Positions 25,974 to 32,214 of a stretch of DNA of 32,214 nt are shown one piece after another. The notes below the pieces were generated by a model, which was not told where the DNA came from, did no database searches, and saw nothing but the letters and a program-made list of their open reading frames with translations. This DNA comes from Candidatus Culexmicrobium profundum (GTDB lineage: Archaea; Thermoproteota; Methanomethylicia; Culexarchaeales; Culexmicrobiaceae). The stretch spans positions 1 to 32,214 of the forward strand of contig JANZKD010000001.1 in the NCBI GenBank assembly GCA_025061245.1. The letters are read 5' to 3'. Each line of letters starts with the position of its first letter. Position 1 is the first letter of the stretch. The translations under genes and the position numbers were made by a program.

Positions 25974-26735
25974 GTCTTTTTCTTCAGGGTATATTAGTTC
26001 TTGAGTTGTTCCTTCACCTTTAGGATAGTCGTATCCTTTAATTATTACAACTGGAATGCCGTCTGCTTTTCCCATGGCTAACTCTGCTGCGGCTGCTAAT
26101 TCATCTGCTACTGCCATTTGAGTTACTCTTAAGGTATATCCAAACATATCTGATCGCCCTATGTACTCTTTTATTGGCTTCATTCCCGCTATTCCAATTG
26201 CAAAGTTAACATGTCCTCTTCTCCATGCTCTTCCAAATGTATCTGAAATTATAATTGCAACTTTTTTACCTGTCAGTTCTCCTATACGTTCCATGATTTT
26301 GCGAGCTGAAGCATCTGGGTCCTTTGGTAAGAGCGATACTATTTCTTTTTCACCTTTAACATTTGATCTATCAATACCTGCATTTGCACATACAAATCCA
26401 TGTCTAGTTTCCATAATCAAGTGTCTTCCCTTCATTTTTACGATCTTATTGCTTTCTTGAAGAATTAATTCGACGAGTCTGGGGTCTTTTCCAGTTAACT
26501 CGGCTACTCTAAGTGCGAAGGTTGATGGTGTAACTGTATCTAGATGTATTAGACGTCCTTCAGCTTTAGATACGATTTTGCTGGCAATTACAATTATGTC
26601 TCCATCTTCTATGTCTATGTGCTGTTCCTTTGCCGCATCACATATAATCTTGCCTATGTCGTCTCCTTCTTTTATGATTGGAATACCTCTCAATCCTATA
26701 ATTCTTATTTCTTCATAATTTGATTTCTTCTTCAT
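25962..26735 (-). CDS. cofE: Coenzyme F420-0:L-glutamate ligase
   Basis: KIVSKAEG, ANAGID.SN, SDTFGR.WR.G, DELAAAA, DLFR. Confidence 0.92.
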   Translation of the reverse strand: MKKKSNYEEIRIIGLRGIPIIKEGDDIGKIICDAAKEQHIDIEDGDIIVIASKIVSKAEGRLIHLDTVTPSTFALRVAELTGKDPRLVELILQESNKIVKMKGRHLIMETRHGFVCANAGIDRSNVKGEKEIVSLLPKDPDASARKIMERIGELTGKKVAIIISDTFGRAWRRGHVNFAIGIAGMKPIKEYIGRSDMFGYTLRVTQMAVADELAAAAELAMGKADGIPVVIIKGYDYPKGEGTTQELIYPEEKDLFR

Positions 26736-28311
26736 ATTTAATCCTCCTTAAGACTAGTAATATGATGGCGGCTATAGTTATTATTGTTAATGTTAAAGAT
26801 GTTTTTGCTATTGTTTCTCCAATGGATGCTTTTATTATGGCTGTTTTTAAGTCGCCTTGTCTAAGAGCGTTTTCAGCTTGTTCTAGTAATTTTTTAGCTA
26901 TAAATAGCCATGGCTGAGCTATGGGTAATTGTTCTTCTACTATTTTCTTTCCTTGCTTTATGGCTTCTTGGACTATGTATATATCCACGATGTTGAATCC
27001 CCATTTAGCAAATTTTGATGTTAAATCTGTTTTTGAGCAAGAGCTGAGATAGTGTATCAATGTGTCTATTGTTGTTATGTTTCCTAAACTCTTTATTTTA
27101 TTAAAGAAGCATTTGTAGAACTCTAGTCCTCCGTTTTCTTCTGCTATTTCCTTTACGATGAGGTATGATGCTGCATAATATGCTATAATATTGCTATCCT
27201 GTTTTCCTGGCCGCCATTTTTGAATGAAGCCAAGATTAGGTTTAAGGTTTTCAGCTAGTGCTTCAAGTTCCTCTCTTTTGCTTTCTGCCCCTGTCCATCC
27301 AGCTCTTAAAGTTAGTTCATAGCTTATATATTCTGCTAAGCCTTCATGGAACCAGAGTATGTTTGGTGAAATTCCAGCAGTCCATACGAATTGATGTACT
27401 AATTCATGAATGGCAATTTGTTCCCAGTATCCCACTGCAGTTCTGACAAAGAATAAGTTTAAGTTTATTTCACCTAAATGTGTTCCATTGAATGGTATGA
27501 AACCGGCAATCCATAAATCTTCTAATGTTGGGGCAAAAAATTCTACCTCTACATCACTTAAGTTTACTGCAAAAATTTCAGTCATATTTTCATAAACTTT
27601 CTCATATGCGTGTAATAGTCGCTCAGCTAAGTCAATGTATCTAGTTGGTGTTTTTATATGGAAGATGTCATTTTCAATTATTGTTTTATTTAATGGTTTA
27701 TCTATCGTATACTCGATGGCTATTCTTGCTAAATTTGTTTTTATTTTGAAGGTAACTTCAAAATATTCGTCATATTCAGAGATGGCTTCTGGTTTTGGTA
27801 GCATTGCTTCTTCTTTTAATTTAGCTGATTTAGGGAATCTAACGAAAATTGTTGCTTCATCTTTTGTGCTGAATCCTATTTGGGGTGAGTAGAAGAAGCC
27901 TCTTGGTTCAACTATTATTGATCCATAATTCATATTATATGTGATTAGAAGTTTAAATCCATGTTTTCCAGCAAAGTTGAATGTGAAATTATTATAGAAT
28001 ACATATTTCTCTTCGCTTGATGCATATGCGTCGCTTATACTATAATCTATTATTTCTCCCCTAATTACTTGGTATTCCCATGGGGTGAAGTTTTTTGGTA
28101 CTAGTACCCATGATGTTCCTCTATTCATAGATGTTGAATATTCTATTTCTATATGTGCTTCTCCTTCATCGTTGACTGTTATTGTATAGTTGTATGTTCC
28201 TCCTTTCTGTTCATGTGTTGACAGGTCATTTGCATTTACAATTAGTGGTATAGATGTTAAGATTAAAAGAAGTAGCAATGCTATTGGCAGTATCTCTATA
28301 TTTTTCTTCAT
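26713..28311 (-). CDS. Secreted, membrane-anchored gluzincin metallopeptidase (M1/MA-like)
   Basis: Signal peptide, HELVH...WFHEGLAEY, C-terminal TM with basic tail. Confidence 0.82.
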   Translation of the reverse strand: MKKNIEILPIALLLLLILTSIPLIVNANDLSTHEQKGGTYNYTITVNDEGEAHIEIEYSTSMNRGTSWVLVPKNFTPWEYQVIRGEIIDYSISDAYASSEEKYVFYNNFTFNFAGKHGFKLLITYNMNYGSIIVEPRGFFYSPQIGFSTKDEATIFVRFPKSAKLKEEAMLPKPEAISEYDEYFEVTFKIKTNLARIAIEYTIDKPLNKTIIENDIFHIKTPTRYIDLAERLLHAYEKVYENMTEIFAVNLSDVEVEFFAPTLEDLWIAGFIPFNGTHLGEINLNLFFVRTAVGYWEQIAIHELVHQFVWTAGISPNILWFHEGLAEYISYELTLRAGWTGAESKREELEALAENLKPNLGFIQKWRPGKQDSNIIAYYAASYLIVKEIAEENGGLEFYKCFFNKIKSLGNITTIDTLIHYLSSCSKTDLTSKFAKWGFNIVDIYIVQEAIKQGKKIVEEQLPIAQPWLFIAKKLLEQAENALRQGDLKTAIIKASIGETIAKTSLTLTIITIAAIILLVLRRIKYEEEIKL

Positions 28312-29090
28312 GCTTTCTCCCTCAGAGTTTTCCTTGCAAATATAATATAACCTGTGTGTCCAATCATGCGGGATTCTGGTCTTGTACCACTTGGACTAAC
28401 CATTATTCTTCTCATTAAACATTCCATGCACTCTATTGCTATAAAATCATTTTCCCTTAATGCTTTAACTGTTTTTACTATTTGTTCGATTGTAGGGCTA
28501 AAGCTTACAAAGGTTCCCCATTCAGCTAGAGCTTTACGTGCATGAGGAACCACTAACCATGGTGTCGCTAGATCTAAAAATACTGCATCAACATTTTCTT
28601 CATCTATTCCTTCAGTTATATCCTTTAATTTTAATTCAACATAATTGATGAGACCTGCCTTTTCTAAATTTTTCTTTGCATTTAAGAGAAAATCTTCTCT
28701 AATTTCGTAGCTATAGACTTTTCCAGTCGGTCTAATATAGTGTGCGAGTGCACTTGTAAGTGCTCCTGTCCCTGTTCCAGCTTCAACAACTCTGCTTCCT
28801 GGACCAATACCACTATAAAATATCATCAGTGCAATGTCTTTAGGATATATTATCTGAGTTTTCCTTGTGAATTTTAAGATGTAATCTCTTATTGTAGGTT
28901 TCAATATAATGAAGTCTGTATTTAGATGACTTTTAATTGTTTCACCATATTTTTTCCCTATTAATTCATCAAGTTTAATATATCCTCTATGCGTGTGAAG
29001 AGTTTTATCAGGTTTTACTGTTACAAGGTATGTTCTTTTCTTTGTTAAATACAACAGTACATTATCATTTTCTCTAATAATAGTTTCCAT
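28308..29090 (-). CDS. trmI: tRNA (adenine-N1)-methyltransferase
   Basis: TQIIYPKD, EAGTGTG, LDL..PW, TRP..RM.GHTGY; ATG 29090 behind a GGTGA RBS. Confidence 0.93.
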   Translation of the reverse strand: METIIRENDNVLLYLTKKRTYLVTVKPDKTLHTHRGYIKLDELIGKKYGETIKSHLNTDFIILKPTIRDYILKFTRKTQIIYPKDIALMIFYSGIGPGSRVVEAGTGTGALTSALAHYIRPTGKVYSYEIREDFLLNAKKNLEKAGLINYVELKLKDITEGIDEENVDAVFLDLATPWLVVPHARKALAEWGTFVSFSPTIEQIVKTVKALRENDFIAIECMECLMRRIMVSPSGTRPESRMIGHTGYIIFARKTLREKA

Positions 29091-29178
29091 TACATTTTCA
29101 CCATTTAGTATTCTCAATATGAAACCATCGAGTTTAAGCTATAAACTTATTTATTTAGAGAGTGATGGTTTACTTGAC

Positions 29179-30246
29179 ATGTATGATGAAAGTTATTTAA
29201 GGTATCCAACTGTAAGAAAGGCTCTTTTATATGAGTCCAAGCGTAATGATGTTGTACAATGCAATCTATGTGAAAGAAGGTGTAATATTCCTAGAGGAGG
29301 ATTTGGTTTCTGTAGAACTAGGGTTAATATTAATGGGGTCTTGTATACGCTAGTTTATGGTGATTTGAATGCCATTGAGAGTAGACCTATAGAAATAAAG
29401 CCCTTCTTTCATTTTTGGCCTGGATCAACGGCTTTAACTTTTTCCACTTGGAGTTGTAATTTTAATTGTCCTTGGTGTCAAAATTGGCATTTAAGCAAAC
29501 AGCCACCCAATCCTAGAACAGCTTTCTTTGTTTCTCCTGAAAAAATTGTTAGAAAGGCTTTATCTAGTAGAGATGATGGATTATGTGTAAGTTTTACAGA
29601 ACCAACCATGCTATTTGAATTTTCAGTAGATGCCTTTAAGCTTGCATCCAAGTTTTCACTCTATAACACCTATGTGAGTAATGGGTACATGACATTTGAA
29701 GCACTTAAGATTTTGAAGGATAGTGGTCTTAATGGATTGAAAATTGACATTAAGGGAGATGATGAGGTTTATAAAAAATATTGCGGTGGACTTGATGTTG
29801 AGTATGTTTGGAGAAATGCTAGGGAAGCTAAGCAAATGGGTATTCATGTAGAGATGGTGAACTTGCTTATATCTGGTGTTAACGATGATGAAGAATGTAT
29901 TAGATGGATTATTGAGAGACATTTAAAGGAGGTTGGACCTGATACTCCTATACACTTTACACGATATTATCCTGCATATAAGTTTCATAATCCTCCTACT
30001 AAAATTGAAAAATTAGAATTTGCATATAATCTAGCTAAAAAATTAGGAGTGAATTATCCTTATATTGGAAATGTTCCCGGTCATTCATATGAAAATACCT
30101 ATTGCCCTGAATGTGGTGAATTGCTTATAAAGAGGTATGGTTATACTGTTGTAGATTATCGAGTTACTTCAGATAGTAGGTGTCCTAGATGTGGTAGACA
30201 TATTCCTATAACAGGTAAATACATTAAAAAACGAAGATTCATTTAA
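29179..30246 (+). CDS. AmmeMemoRadiSam-type radical SAM protein (PFL-activase-like)
   Basis: CxxCxxxC N-terminus, PIEIKPFFHF.PG, CNFNCPWCQN, C-terminal CPEC/CPRC; ATG 29179 preferred as start. Confidence 0.88.
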   Translation: MYDESYLRYPTVRKALLYESKRNDVVQCNLCERRCNIPRGGFGFCRTRVNINGVLYTLVYGDLNAIESRPIEIKPFFHFWPGSTALTFSTWSCNFNCPWCQNWHLSKQPPNPRTAFFVSPEKIVRKALSSRDDGLCVSFTEPTMLFEFSVDAFKLASKFSLYNTYVSNGYMTFEALKILKDSGLNGLKIDIKGDDEVYKKYCGGLDVEYVWRNAREAKQMGIHVEMVNLLISGVNDDEECIRWIIERHLKEVGPDTPIHFTRYYPAYKFHNPPTKIEKLEFAYNLAKKLGVNYPYIGNVPGHSYENTYCPECGELLIKRYGYTVVDYRVTSDSRCPRCGRHIPITGKYIKKRRFI

Positions 30247-30253
30247 TCTTTCT

Positions 30254-30433
30254 TCACTTAGATTCTAGAATTTTATCGAGTTTTTTAATTATTTCATCGA
30301 GCTTCTTATCTATTTCATTTTGTTTTTTAACGATGTGCATTAAAAGTTTGAGTATATCTCCTGTCCAATGCGCGTCGTAGATAAATGGTTCAATTGGAGG
30401 TAGAGGTGGTTCACGAATTCTATCATTCTTCAT
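30254..30433 (-). CDS. Small hypothetical coiled-coil protein
   Basis: Co-oriented downstream of the B3/4 gene; AGGTG RBS before ATG 30433; KKLDEIIKKLD heptads. Confidence 0.55.
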   Translation of the reverse strand: MKNDRIREPPLPPIEPFIYDAHWTGDILKLLMHIVKKQNEIDKKLDEIIKKLDKILESK

Positions 30434-30481
30434 AATAACACCTAAAAAATTATTGTAATACAAAGTAATTAAAGAATTGGT

Positions 30482-31156
30482 TCAAGTTATCGTCTTAATT
30501 TCTACTACTTTTCCTCCACAGTACTTAGTGATGTTTTCCGCTGCTTTTTCAGTAGCTTCTAAAACTTTTTTCAATGGAACATTGGGTACCCCACAAGCTA
30601 CAATTAAAACATTTTTTGTTTCTCTAGTTATTTTTGTTTCATCTGCATCCCTGTGAGGATAGAGGTTTATTATTTTTTCAGCATCTGAAATTACTAGTTG
30701 TTTCTCAACTTCTTCTTCCTCTTCACCAATTGCCTTAAATTTTTCTCCCGGCTTTGACCATCTTAGAATTAATGGTTCCTTTATTTTGTCAAAATCGTAT
30801 GCTCCAATTGGTATCTGTGTTTCAATTGAAGCTAAATTATAGGCATCTACTGCTGTGTTTATATGTGGAATGTTTTTGCCTCTTAATATTCTTCTAATTA
30901 ATGCTTCTGCGGAAGGTCTTTGCTTTGTGGGGTCAATCTTTATTCTCCAATAAAATTTTCTATACGCTTTAATTAAGGGCATTGCCTTTAAATCTTCGAT
31001 TTTAATTTGCTTTCTAATTTTCTCTTCAATTTCTCTCATTTTTGCTTTCAATTTGTCATTGTCCTTTTCTACGTGGATGTTTTTGATTAAAGCTATTCCG
31101 AGAGAAATGCCTTCAAATTCTCGTTTTACATCTTTGTTTATCTCAATTTCCACCAT
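30482..31156 (-). CDS. Stand-alone B3/B4 (PheRS beta editing-like) domain protein
   Basis: YRKFYW.I.IDPTK.RPSAEALIRR, IN..VD.YNL.S. Confidence 0.88.
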   Translation of the reverse strand: MVEIEINKDVKREFEGISLGIALIKNIHVEKDNDKLKAKMREIEEKIRKQIKIEDLKAMPLIKAYRKFYWRIKIDPTKQRPSAEALIRRILRGKNIPHINTAVDAYNLASIETQIPIGAYDFDKIKEPLILRWSKPGEKFKAIGEEEEEVEKQLVISDAEKIINLYPHRDADETKITRETKNVLIVACGVPNVPLKKVLEATEKAAENITKYCGGKVVEIKTIT

Positions 31157-31220
31157 ATTTTCCCCTATGTTTAGTAAATCTTGATGGATAATATGCTTTC
31201 TATTTTATTGTTAATTTGAG

Positions 31221-31283
31221 GGGCTCAGCTTTGGTGTCATTCTTCATTGGTTAACTTGGAAATACCAGCCCTCTTCATCGCCC
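31221..31283 (-). ncRNA. Archaeal C/D box guide sRNA
   Basis: Minus strand reads GGGC-G-AUGAAGA(C)-12 nt-CCAA(D')-8 nt-AUGAAGA(C')-12 nt-CUGA(D)-GCCC, with a terminal stem and an upstream TTTAAG. Confidence 0.8.
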
Positions 31284-31389
31284 ATTATATTACTTGTCTC
31301 CTTTTTCTTAAATTTATCTCAGCTTATTGAACTCGTTTTTACAGTTAACTTTAAATTACTTTCAACTAAATTAGGTTTTAAGGTTTGAG

Positions 31390-32166
31390 GTGTTAGTTGT
31401 GTTTAAGGATGAGCTTAATAGAGTTTCTCTTGAGAAGAATAGTAGAATTATTTTAGCCTTAGATCCTTCAGCATTACCTAGAGATTTAACTCAGGAACAG
31501 TTAAAAAGTAGAGCTATTAAAATTCTTCGAGACGTTAGTCCATATATTTGCGGTGTTAAGATAAATATGCAACTCTTACTTCCACTTGGACTTTATTATG
31601 GAGTTAAAGAGATCATTGATTTAGCTCATAATTTTGGTTTGCCCGTGATAATGGATTGTAAGTTAAGTGATGTTGGGCATACTAATGCATGGGCTACTCG
31701 TCATTATTTTGAGGCTGGTTTTGATGCAATGATTATTAATCCAATAATTGGTTGGGCTCAAGGAGCAGAACCAATATTTCAAGTTGCAAAGGAATATGGT
31801 GGAAGAGGCATTATTTTGCTTGTATATACTACCCATAAAGCTGCTCCTGAAAGCTATGAATTACTTGTTAAGGATCCCGTGTCTGGTAGAGAAATTTTCT
31901 TGTATGAGCTTTTCGCAAGAAGGGCTCTTGAATGGAATGCTGATGGTGCGATTGTTGGTGGAACTTATCCTGAGAAAATTAAAATAATTTCAAGCATTCT
32001 TCAAGGTAAGGTTCCAATATTCTCACCGGGCATTGGAGTACAGGGTGGGAGAATAAAGGCGTGTTTAGAAGCTGGAACAAAATATTTCATTATTGGGCGA
32101 TCCATTTTCAATGCTGAAAATCCAGCAGAGGCTGCTAAATTCTTTAGGGATCTAGCTTTATCTTAA
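31390..32166 (+). CDS. pyrF: Orotidine-5'-phosphate decarboxylase
   Basis: ILALD, DCKLSDVGHT, SPGIG.QGG, IGRSI. Confidence 0.95.
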   Translation: MLVVFKDELNRVSLEKNSRIILALDPSALPRDLTQEQLKSRAIKILRDVSPYICGVKINMQLLLPLGLYYGVKEIIDLAHNFGLPVIMDCKLSDVGHTNAWATRHYFEAGFDAMIINPIIGWAQGAEPIFQVAKEYGGRGIILLVYTTHKAAPESYELLVKDPVSGREIFLYELFARRALEWNADGAIVGGTYPEKIKIISSILQGKVPIFSPGIGVQGGRIKACLEAGTKYFIIGRSIFNAENPAEAAKFFRDLALS

Positions 32167-32214
32167 TTTAGAATACTTTTAATATTATGCCGAATCCCTT
32201 TGTTCTTCCTTCTC

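Noticed and set aside
1..32214. CRISPR arrays, tRNA/rRNA genes, transposases, integrases
   Set aside because: None recognised by eye; no spaced repeats or GC-rich structured RNA stretches other than the sRNA.

Overview
AT-rich archaeal chromosomal window, most likely Thermoproteota/TACK (inferred from gene content: FAU-1, crenarchaeal-type SpeD, EndoQ, CofE, TrmI, a C/D box sRNA). It has two main themes. (1) A full complex I/Fpo-like set (NuoA, B, C, D, H, I, split J, K, N, L, M) is spread over four + strand loci, and its D subunit keeps both [NiFe] motifs, so it is a group 4 hydrogenase with three antiporter subunits. (2) A ~6 kb locus of two convergent operons encodes only membrane/rotor parts of an A/V-type ATPase: two a-subunit paralogs with intact channel residues but shortened stator arms, a two-hairpin c-subunit, subunit C and two unexplained ORFs. 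No A/B/E/F gene and no recognisable D gene lies in the window. This is the best candidate for an undescribed system. The rest is housekeeping (RNA modification/processing, speD, a phosphohexomutase, cofE, pyrF) plus a C/D box guide RNA. All calls come from motif recognition by eye; no searches were run.
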